Origin: Polyangiaceae bacterium
Lineage (GTDB): Bacteria; Myxococcota_A; Polyangia; Polyangiales; Polyangiaceae
Length of the DNA stretch: 63,738 bases
Assembly (NCBI GenBank): GCA_044222475.1
Contig: JBGANF010000037.1
Coordinates: 1 to 63,738, forward strand
Direction of reading: 5' to 3'
Shown: positions 55,717 to 63,738 of the stretch, one piece after another
Position numbering within the stretch: position 1 is the stretch's first letter
Layout of the letters: each line of letters starts with the position of its first letter
Made by a program: the position numbers and the translations under genes
Notes under the pieces: generated by a model
Database searches by the model: none
The model's input: the letters and a program-made list of their open reading frames with translations, nothing else
Told to the model about the DNA's origin: nothing

Positions 55717-56220
55717 ATGTACATCGAAGATTTGGGGCAATATCGGTACAACGGGCGTTTCCCGCTTCCCGGCGTATGCGCCGTCGGGTGGCTGTCGCCT
55801 GCGTACGCGTTTCCGGCGGAGCAGGTGCGACTCGCCGGATTCCTCGAAAAGCTCACACTGCTTGCGGCGCGAAAACGTGTCAATCAGACGCGCGGCTTCC
55901 ATCGGTGCGAGTTCTGTACTCAGGCGGACATTGGCGTCGAAAGCGGACGCGTCGAACGGCTTCTCGGCGCGGCGGAGATTTGGGTGCCCGGACCAAACAG
56001 GCTCTTCGCGGCGCCCGACCTCGTCGTCCACTACGTTCGAGACCACCGCTACGTCCCACCCCCGGCGTTCGTCGACGCGGTGAAGACCCTCGATCTCGCC
56101 ACGTGGAATCCGCCGCGGGACTTTGGTCTCACACTTTACCGCAGGTCGTTGGAGGGTCCTGAACCTGTGAACTCAGATGGCACGGCGCTTCCCGCAGAGG
56201 GTGGTGACCGATGGAAGTGA
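55717..56220 (+). CDS. Conserved-looking hypothetical protein with His/Cys motifs
   Basis: AVGWL, RGFHRCEFC, GAAEIWVPG, FAAPDLVVHYVRDHRYVPPPAFVDAV. Confidence 0.7.
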   Translation: MYIEDLGQYRYNGRFPLPGVCAVGWLSPAYAFPAEQVRLAGFLEKLTLLAARKRVNQTRGFHRCEFCTQADIGVESGRVERLLGAAEIWVPGPNRLFAAPDLVVHYVRDHRYVPPPAFVDAVKTLDLATWNPPRDFGLTLYRRSLEGPEPVNSDGTALPAEGGDRWK

Positions 56221-56601
56221 AGTCCCGATGCTCGACACGCGGGTCGTTCACCGAGATCGCCGTCTAGTTGGGTCACACATAAGGCGGACGGCCTCGTGCG
56301 CATCACGCTGAAGGGTGCGTACCAAGATGGGACGGTCGCGGTGGAGATGCCGCGCTTCGTAGTCCCCGAAGGGGGGGACCCGCAGTCGCTCCTGCGTCGT
56401 CTGGCGACGAGTGCTCCGCCTCCGCGCTTTTCCCCCGTCGGGGATCGCGAAGCGCGGCACACCGTGAAGTACGCGGGCCGCTGGACAGGTGTGGCTGGTC
56501 ACGAATTCGGAACTCAATGGACCATCCGCTCATGCACTCGGTCTTCTCCGCTCCGCCGACCGATGTAGCCGCCGTCGAAGATCAACTTCTTTCACGCATC
56601 C

Positions 56602-57246
56602 CTAGGCTTCTCGACGGCGCATCGCGTCGATCGCGCTTCGAACGACCGCGTCACGCTCGACCACGTGTCGCGGTGGAACGCAGAACGCGCGCGGCGCCGT
56701 CGCTCCGCGGTCGAGCGGCTCCGCGAAGGTGCACGTCCGGCAGAGCCAGAAGAGGCGGTCGGCCTCGAAGGCCCATTGCAGCTCGACCTCACCGTCGCAG
56801 CGCGGACACGGTCGTTCACGAACGACGCTCAAGGCTTCCCAGAACGCGCGCATCACGAGCATCGCGAGCTCGGCGGGCCTTGCGCCGGATCCGGCAACGC
56901 GAAGAAAGTCGGCGCGAGCGACTTGGACATCCTTCGTCCACGGATAGCGGTCGACGTCAGCATGGACGAGTCGACCGAGGTCTTCGCGCGCGCCGCTCGC
57001 TTCGAGCGCGCGACAGTGGCGTTCGACCCAACGCTGAACTGTACGAAGGACAGCTCCGAGCTCGGCTCCGTCGGGAACCGCGGACATGGCAGCGTGGAGG
57101 TCGAGGCGTAACTGCTCCGGTGTCGCTCGACCTTTCATCTCAATGCTCCTTCCCCGAGGATCCAGCCCTCGAAGTGCGACAACGATCTTTCGCACCGCCC
57201 GATCGACCGACGCACTCCCCGCGAGGCACTGACCGACCGCACCCAT
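56602..57246 (-). CDS. Hypothetical protein with C-terminal CxxC...CxxC
   Basis: CPRC...CRTC zinc-ribbon-like motif; start uncertain. Confidence 0.45.
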   Translation of the reverse strand: MGAVGQCLAGSASVDRAVRKIVVALRGLDPRGRSIEMKGRATPEQLRLDLHAAMSAVPDGAELGAVLRTVQRWVERHCRALEASGAREDLGRLVHADVDRYPWTKDVQVARADFLRVAGSGARPAELAMLVMRAFWEALSVVRERPCPRCDGEVELQWAFEADRLFWLCRTCTFAEPLDRGATAPRAFCVPPRHVVERDAVVRSAIDAMRRREA

Positions 57247-57332
57247 GAAATCCGGATACGATGGCTTCGTCGTGATCGTCGCCCTGCCCGCTACACGGGC
57301 GCCTCGCACCTCCGCGATCCGTCGATGAGCCT

Positions 57333-58871
57333 TCACTCCAGCTCGATCACCGCAGCTTGAAGCGGTCCTAGCTTCACTTCGGCGACCAGCGACCCATCCG
57401 CCGCACGCTCCAACGGCACGAGCTCCTCGACCAGCGCCTGGGCGTCGGTGTCCATGCGCACGACGCGGGCGACGGTGAACGCGTGCCCACCGGTGAACCC
57501 CACGCGCACGACGCGCTCCGTCGTCGCGAGGCTCGCGAGCAGCGCGCCGGCGGCACCCGGCCCCCGCAGCCCGAGGGCGACGAAGAAGGGCTCGTCAGCG
57601 ACCTCGATCGCGCAGCGCTCGGCCGTGCGCTGCGCGATGCGGTGGGTGAGCAGCTCCTGGAGCGCGAGGGCGCCGATGCGACCTTCGGGTGAGAAGAACC
57701 CCGACGTACCGTCGCCCGCACCGAAGGGTGACCTCTCGCCGGGCGGCCACGCGCGCTCGCCCGCGCGGTAGTAGAACGACCCGCTCAGCACGCCTTGCCA
57801 CCGTGCCTTGCACGAGAGCGCGTACGACGCGACGCCCTGCGCGAAGAGCCGCCGCTCGTCGGCGGTCGGACTGCTCAGGTCCGCCGAGTCGAGGTCGAGG
57901 TGCGAGCGAAGGAAGTCGCTCGCCTGCCACTCGGTGTTCCAGAGCTCGGTGGCGGTCATGCCGTGCGCATCGAGCAGGCTGCGCAGCTCGCGCGCGAGGC
58001 GGGCATTCCCCGCCGGCGAGACGTCCGCGCCGTAGGTATGGAAGCTGAACACCGGAAGGCTCAGGCCATCGGACGTCAGCTGCGAGAGCAGGCGCTCGAA
58101 GCCGGCCCTATAGGTCGGCCACTCGGCGATCGAGAGCGGCACGCCGGGACCGACGGGACGCACGCTCGCCTCCGGATGAAGCGCGTTGTGCGCGTTCACG
58201 ACGGCGAGGAAGCGGCGAAACGCCGCATAGAGAGCCTCCGGCCGATTGCGGTAGCCGCCGAGACCGTCGGGCTCGTTGAGGAACTCCACCTCGGCGATCG
58301 CGCGATCGAAGCCGCTCGCCCAGCCGATCGTGAAGTGCTCGAGGCACCGCGCGAGCACCCGCGCCCAGCGATCGAGGTTCGCGATGGGCCTGCCGCCGAG
58401 GTTGAGACCGACCCAACGATCGGAGAGGCCGATGTCGTACGACGACTGCCACATCACGCGCAGCCCCGCGTCGCGCGCGGCGATCATGTGTCGATCGATC
58501 GCAGCGAATCGATAGCTCGCGGGATCGTCGGGATCCGCGCTCTCGTCGGGAAAGATCGCCGCCAACGTGAGCTCGTTCGCCGGACAATCTTGCGGGAACC
58601 GCGCTCTCTCGATGTGGTGCGCGCGATAGGCCGCCACGTGCTCGACGTCGGTCGAGACCTCCGGATGGGGCGAGCCCTGCACGCCCGAGAGGCGATGGAA
58701 CGGGCCGATCGGCGCGTCGAGCGAGACGTGCACGTGCGCCGTGGCCGGCGCGAGCGCTGCTGCGGCGCGGTGTCCGCACCCAGCGACGACACCGCTCGCC
58801 CACGTCAACCCGAGCGCCGCCGGCAACCCGATGCAAAGGTCCCGACGGCTGAGCTTCGATCGCATGTCCAT
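57333..58871 (-). CDS. Clan GH-A glycoside hydrolase (GH39-like) with Tat-like signal
   Basis: SRRDLC twin-arginine motif; IFPD..ADPDDPASYRF; FLNEPD acid/base; FSFHTY; WNTEW nucleophile. Confidence 0.8.
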   Translation of the reverse strand: MDMRSKLSRRDLCIGLPAALGLTWASGVVAGCGHRAAAALAPATAHVHVSLDAPIGPFHRLSGVQGSPHPEVSTDVEHVAAYRAHHIERARFPQDCPANELTLAAIFPDESADPDDPASYRFAAIDRHMIAARDAGLRVMWQSSYDIGLSDRWVGLNLGGRPIANLDRWARVLARCLEHFTIGWASGFDRAIAEVEFLNEPDGLGGYRNRPEALYAAFRRFLAVVNAHNALHPEASVRPVGPGVPLSIAEWPTYRAGFERLLSQLTSDGLSLPVFSFHTYGADVSPAGNARLARELRSLLDAHGMTATELWNTEWQASDFLRSHLDLDSADLSSPTADERRLFAQGVASYALSCKARWQGVLSGSFYYRAGERAWPPGERSPFGAGDGTSGFFSPEGRIGALALQELLTHRIAQRTAERCAIEVADEPFFVALGLRGPGAAGALLASLATTERVVRVGFTGGHAFTVARVVRMDTDAQALVEELVPLERAADGSLVAEVKLGPLQAAVIELE

Positions 58872-59025
58872 GGTCAGAGCAAGCGACGTGCCTCGGCCGG
58901 ATCGCCGCGATCACCGTGGAGTCAGGTGCGTTCGCCGTTTCGAGCGTTGCGTCGACGCAACGAACGGTTGCGTCCCGGCAACGTGCCAAGAGGCGCCGGC
59001 ATGGAGGCCGAAGAGTTTCGGGTAA

Positions 59026-59970
59026 TCAGGCGGCAGAGTTTTTCGCGAACGCGGCGACCGTGCGCTCCAGCCCCTCGCGAACGAGAACGCGAGGCGTGTA
59101 GCCGATGAGCGCTTTCGCTGCATCGATCGAGGCGAGGGAGTCGCGGACATCCCCCGGCCGAGGGTCGCGGTAGTCCGGCTCGAGCTTCTTTCCCACGACC
59201 TCTCCGATGGTACGGATGAGCTGGTTCAGCGAGATTCGCTCCCCGCAGGCGATGTTCACCACCTGCCCGCTGAGTTTGTTCGGCGTCGAGGCGGCGAGGA
59301 GGTTCGCGCTGACGACGTTCTCGATGAAGCAAAAATCGCGTGTCTGCTCACCATCGCCGTACACGATCGGCCGGGTACCCTTCAAGGCGGCAGTGATGAA
59401 GTTCGGAATCACTGCGGCGTACTGGCTCGTCGGATCCTGGCGCGGCCCGAAGACGTTGAAGTAGCGGAGGCTCAGCGTCTCGATCCCGTAGAGGCTGGCA
59501 AAGACGCGCATGAGCTGCTCGCACGTATTCTTCGCGACCGCATAGGGCGAGAGCGGCTCGGGCGTCATCGTCTCCACCTTGGGGAGCGTCGCCGTATTCC
59601 CGTAGGCCGACGAGCTCGCAGCGAAGACCACCCGCTTCACTCCCGAGCTCCGAGCAACGTCGAGGACGATCGTCGTGCCCTGGACGTTGATCGCCATCGA
59701 TGGCTGGGGCGTCTCCACCGATCGCACGACCGAGGGCATCGCTGCCTCGTGAAAGACCACGTCGACGTCCTTCATCGCCCGGGCCACGACGGCCGGGTCG
59801 AGGATCGTCCCTTCGAGGATCTCCAGGTTGCCCTTCAACGTCTCGAGGTTGGAGCGGCGACCCGAAGAGAAATCGTCGAGGATGCGAACGCGCTCGCCTT
59901 TGGCAAGGAGCGCCTCCGCCAAGCTGGATCCGATGAACCCGGCGCCGCCGGTGACGAGCTTGATGGCCAT
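59026..59970 (-). CDS. NAD-dependent nucleotide-sugar epimerase/dehydratase (extended SDR)
   Basis: VTGGAGFIGS, ASSSSAYG, YAVAK, RYFNVFGPRQDP, GDGEQTRDF. Confidence 0.95.
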   Translation of the reverse strand: MAIKLVTGGAGFIGSSLAEALLAKGERVRILDDFSSGRRSNLETLKGNLEILEGTILDPAVVARAMKDVDVVFHEAAMPSVVRSVETPQPSMAINVQGTTIVLDVARSSGVKRVVFAASSSAYGNTATLPKVETMTPEPLSPYAVAKNTCEQLMRVFASLYGIETLSLRYFNVFGPRQDPTSQYAAVIPNFITAALKGTRPIVYGDGEQTRDFCFIENVVSANLLAASTPNKLSGQVVNIACGERISLNQLIRTIGEVVGKKLEPDYRDPRPGDVRDSLASIDAAKALIGYTPRVLVREGLERTVAAFAKNSAA

Positions 59971-60030
59971 GATGCCTTTCGATATTCGAAGGAGCCCCCT
60001 TCAGTCGAGGAAAAGCTCAGCAATCGACAG

Positions 60031-63000
60031 TCAACCTATCCCGCTCTGCTTCGCCCACTCGAGCGTCTGCGCGTTCTCCCACAACCGATCGAGGAATCGC
60101 GCCTTTGCGGCGGGCTCGTGGAACATCGCCGCTTGTCGCGACACCTCGGCGTGGGCCGACTCCAGCGCGCGCCGCGCGTCCGTGGCTCGACCGTTCGCCG
60201 CCAGCGCGCGGGCGAGCACGAGCCGCGCCTTCACGATCCCCGCCGAGCTCCCCATGGTGGCTCCCTCGATGTCGTTCGCGCGCGTCGCGGCCTCGAGGGC
60301 TTCTTCGAGCTGACCCGCTTTCAGCAACGCGTACGCGAGCGTCGCGAGCGCGTGACCCAGGTCGCGGCGCGCGGACCCGAGCAGCACCACGGCGTGACGC
60401 GCCTCGGCGACGGCGGCGTCGAGGTCTCCGCTGCGAAGGTTGACCATCGCGAGCGTCTGCCGCGCGGCGCCCTCCATCCGTAGGTCGCCTTGCGACTTGT
60501 GCTCCGCGATGGCGAGCTCGGCCGAGGCGCGCGCCTCGCGCAGCTTCCCGATGCGCTCGAGGACCACGGCGTGGTCGACGTGGATCGTGGCGATGACGAG
60601 CCGGAGGCGCATCTGCTCCGCGACCGGGAGCGCCGCGCGCAGATCCGCGTCGGCCTGCTCGAAGTCCCCGACGAGGACGCGCGCGTACGCGCCGTTCGCG
60701 GTCGCCATCGCCCACCCGCGGAGGTTCTCGATCGCTGCGTACGCCGCGGCCGCCTGGGAGAAGTGCCGCACCTGGCCTTGCAGATCGCCCTGAGCGTCGG
60801 CGTAGAACGCCTCGAACGAGTGCACGTGCGCCTTCGCTCGCGGGATCGCCTCGGCGCCGGCGGCCGCCAGGAGCGCGCGCAGCGTGGATGCCGTGCCCAT
60901 TTCACCCGCGAGGATCGCGGTGATTCCCATGTTGGCGCCCATCGCCAACAGGGCGTCGGTGGGACGGCCGTCGACGAGCGCACTTCGGCCGACCTCCAGG
61001 AAGCGTCGCATCTCGTCGCTGCGGCCCAGCTTGAACGAGGAGAGCGCCGCCGTCTGCAGCGCGGTCGCCCAGCGATCCGATCGCTTCGCCTCGATCTCCA
61101 TCACCTCGCGCGCCGCGCGGAGGCACCCCTCGAGGTTGCCGGCCCATCGCTCGGACTCCATGAGGATCGCGTGGAGCGCGGCCCGCGTCGTGTCGTCCGG
61201 ATCGGATCGGAGGCCGCGCTCCGCCAGCGCGACCGCTTCGCCGTGCTCGTTGCCTTCCAGCATGTGCTCCGCCGATCGGCGGTAGAGACCCGCGGCGCGC
61301 TGCTGATCACCAGCGCGCTCGAAGTGCGCCGAGAGGACGCCCGCGTCCTGCTCGCCCATCGCTTCGAGCCACGCGGCGGCGACGCGATGCCCGAGCGCCT
61401 TGTCCTCTTCGGGGAGCATCGCGTACGACGCGTCGCGTACGGTCGCGTGCCGAAACCCGTACTCGGGCTCGTCGAGGAAACGACCGCGCGCCATGGGCAC
61501 GATCGCGTCGAGCTGCTCGAGCGTCTCGAGCCATCGCGCGAGATCCGCTTCGGCCATCCCGAGGACCTGGCGCACTCCGGCCGGCCAGAACGTCTGGCCG
61601 AAGATCGCCGCCGCGCGGAGCACGCGGCGCGCCTCCGGCGCGAGCCGCTCCAACCGCGACTCGACGACGGCGAGCACCGTCTCGGGGAGCGACCCGGCGC
61701 CGCCTTCCGCGACCTGGCGCAAGAGCTCCTCGAGGAAGAACGGGTTCCCGTTCGCGAGGGTGACGATGCGCTCGATCGTCGCCGGTGGGATGCGGTCGCC
61801 CACGACGGCGCGCGCGAGTCGTTCGGCGCTTCGTCGCGAGAGCTCCTCGAGCGGTAGCTCCTGCAGCCGACGCTCCGCCCAGAGGCGAGGTGCGCTCGCG
61901 CGGAGACTCGGCCGCGCAAGCCCGATCACGAGCAGCGGTACCTCCGACGCGCGAGCGAGCGCTCCGTCGACGAGCCGTACCGACGCGGGATCACTCCACT
62001 GCAGATCTTCGAGCACGATGACGAGCGGCCGCTGCCGACACTCGGCTTCGATCCAGTCTTCGAACGCGCGGCGAAGGTGGTCTCCCATGAGGACGCGATC
62101 GCGCCGCGCCGCCTCGAGGACACCGCCGTCGTCGTCGAAGGGCGAACCGCCGAGCTCCGCGATGAAGAGGACCACGCGCTCGAGCTCCTCCGGCGCAACG
62201 ACGGTCGCGAGGCGCGCGCGGATCTTCGCTTGCCGCGCCGGCGCGGGCTCGTCGTCGTGGATCTCGCAGACGCGACGGATCACTTGGGCGACGAGCGAGA
62301 AGGGCGAGGTCCCGCCCATCGGATCGGCTCTCGCTTGCCAGACCTCGATCCCGTCGTCGCGAGCGCGCACGCGGCGGAGCCACTCTTGGCGGAGGCGGCT
62401 CTTGCCCATGCCCGCATCGGCCAGCACCAGCACCGCGCGAGCGACCCCCTCGTCGATCACTTGGGCGAGCGTCGCGTCGAGCGTCGCGAGCTCGCGCTCG
62501 CGGCCGACGCACGGAGTCGTCACGCCGAGGAGCCGCCGCGCCTCACTCAGATCGTCGAGCTCGCGAAACAGCTCGAGCTCGCCGCCCGTCTTGCGGACGT
62601 CGAAGCGGCTGTCGAGGAACCCCGCGCTCGCCTCGTCGATCTGGACTGGTACGAGGGCGTGCCGGTTCGATCGTGGGGCGTTGCGCGCGAGCTCGGCGGC
62701 GCGATCGATGGCTTGCGCGACGAACTCCTCCGAGCCGAGCCCGCTGCGCACCGTCGCGAGGGACACCGGCGCCCCGGGGAAGCGATCTCGCAACGCGAGC
62801 GCGCACCGTGCCGCCGCGAGCGCCCGCTCGGCGGCGCTCGCCGATCCGACGAACTTCACCGCGAGCGCACCGCTCGCGAAGCCCTCGGCCTCGCCGCCCG
62901 CGCGTCGCGCGATCATGATCGCCTCGCCTTGCGCCGCCGCTCCCCACTCGGCGCTGCCGTTGACGATCACCATCGAACAGAGCCGCGCCTCGCGCGAAGA

Positions 63001-63738
63001 GATGCCTCCGCCGGACGTCGTCGACGTGAGCATGCGGTCGCCGCCGAGCTGCGGCCGCACCGCGCGAAGCGCCTCCGCGGCCTCGCGCGCAGTCTGGTAC
63101 CGCTCCGCGCGCTCCTTCGCCATGAGACGAGCGACGACCGCGTCGAGCTCGGGGTGAACGTTGCGCGCCTCGTCGCGGACGCGCGGCGTCTCCTGGAAGA
63201 CGATCTTCGCGAGGACGGCGACGAGATCCTGCCCGCGAAACGGCGGCTTGCCGGTGAGGCACGCGTAGAGCACGCACCCGAGCGAGAAGAGATCCGACCG
63301 AGCGTCGATCTCCGGCGATGCGCGGGCCTGCTCGGGTGACACGTAGCCGGGCGTGCCGACGAGGATCCCTGGCTGAGTCATCGGGCTCACCGCGTCGAGC
63401 ATCCGCGCGATCCCGAAATCCAACAGGAGCGTGCGCGCCGTCGACTCGCCGCGCGGGATCATCAGATTGCCGGGCTTGAGATCGCGGTGCACGACGCCGC
63501 GCGCGTGCGCTGCGCCGAGGGCGTCGGCCACTGCGATTCCCAGATCGACGGTGGCTTCGGCGCCGATCGCGCCATCACGCTTGAGGCGCTCGCTGAGCGT
63601 CTCGCCGTCGACCCATCGCATCGCGAGATAGGGCGTACCGCCTTCGACTCCGTGCGCGACGTACCCGACGATGCCGGGGTGCACGATCTCGGCGAGGAGC
63701 TCGGCCTCGCGCACGAAGCGGTTCTCTCCGTCGGTCCC
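60031..63738 (-). CDS. Ser/Thr kinase fused to P-loop ATPase and TPR-like repeats (5' end beyond window)
   Basis: HRDLKPGN, DFGIAR, GTPGYVSPE; CVGREREL, ADAGMGKSRL, LEDLQWSD, GNPFFLEEL, FRHATVRD. Confidence 0.92.
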   Translation of the reverse strand, partial: GTDGENRFVREAELLAEIVHPGIVGYVAHGVEGGTPYLAMRWVDGETLSERLKRDGAIGAEATVDLGIAVADALGAAHARGVVHRDLKPGNLMIPRGESTARTLLLDFGIARMLDAVSPMTQPGILVGTPGYVSPEQARASPEIDARSDLFSLGCVLYACLTGKPPFRGQDLVAVLAKIVFQETPRVRDEARNVHPELDAVVARLMAKERAERYQTAREAAEALRAVRPQLGGDRMLTSTTSGGGISSREARLCSMVIVNGSAEWGAAAQGEAIMIARRAGGEAEGFASGALAVKFVGSASAAERALAAARCALALRDRFPGAPVSLATVRSGLGSEEFVAQAIDRAAELARNAPRSNRHALVPVQIDEASAGFLDSRFDVRKTGGELELFRELDDLSEARRLLGVTTPCVGRERELATLDATLAQVIDEGVARAVLVLADAGMGKSRLRQEWLRRVRARDDGIEVWQARADPMGGTSPFSLVAQVIRRVCEIHDDEPAPARQAKIRARLATVVAPEELERVVLFIAELGGSPFDDDGGVLEAARRDRVLMGDHLRRAFEDWIEAECRQRPLVIVLEDLQWSDPASVRLVDGALARASEVPLLVIGLARPSLRASAPRLWAERRLQELPLEELSRRSAERLARAVVGDRIPPATIERIVTLANGNPFFLEELLRQVAEGGAGSLPETVLAVVESRLERLAPEARRVLRAAAIFGQTFWPAGVRQVLGMAEADLARWLETLEQLDAIVPMARGRFLDEPEYGFRHATVRDASYAMLPEEDKALGHRVAAAWLEAMGEQDAGVLSAHFERAGDQQRAAGLYRRSAEHMLEGNEHGEAVALAERGLRSDPDDTTRAALHAILMESERWAGNLEGCLRAAREVMEIEAKRSDRWATALQTAALSSFKLGRSDEMRRFLEVGRSALVDGRPTDALLAMGANMGITAILAGEMGTASTLRALLAAAGAEAIPRAKAHVHSFEAFYADAQGDLQGQVRHFSQAAAAYAAIENLRGWAMATANGAYARVLVGDFEQADADLRAALPVAEQMRLRLVIATIHVDHAVVLERIGKLREARASAELAIAEHKSQGDLRMEGAARQTLAMVNLRSGDLDAAVAEARHAVVLLGSARRDLGHALATLAYALLKAGQLEEALEAATRANDIEGATMGSSAGIVKARLVLARALAANGRATDARRALESAHAEVSRQAAMFHEPAAKARFLDRLWENAQTLEWAKQSGIG

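Noticed and set aside
56296..56568. 90-aa ORF MRITLKGAYQDG...
   Set aside because: No motif, weak start context; may be a gene remnant but cannot be supported.

Overview
High-GC bacterial DNA that looks myxobacterial (Polyangiaceae/Labilithrix-like; inferred from the Ser/Thr kinase, PEGA, AgmX/PglI and Cys-rich lipoprotein content). It holds about 50 tightly packed CDSs, and I see no rRNA, tRNA, CRISPR array or integrase/transposase. The most unusual locus is a predicted operon at 26760-33526: two tandem ~77-aa peptides (conserved N-terminus, variable linker, EVEGQ, identical 39-aa CPWC-x17-CGAC core), a strong hairpin, a fused TMD-NBD ABC exporter with MMKKP repeats, a stand-alone GAF protein, a signal-less minimal S8 protease, a divergent ECF-like sigma factor, an unknown protein and an OB-fold-like lipoprotein. 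This may be an uncharacterised peptide processing/export or signalling system (inference). Other points: a 132-bp MITE-like element (30-bp perfect TIRs, TGAC duplication), a perfect 54-bp direct repeat bracketing an esterase gene, three tandem lipoprotein paralogs with a shared N-terminus, a ~1-kb patch of clustered frameshifts, a lipoprotein plus ferritin-like gene pair, and a cNMP-binding/uridine-kinase fusion. All product calls come from motif recognition by eye, not database searches.
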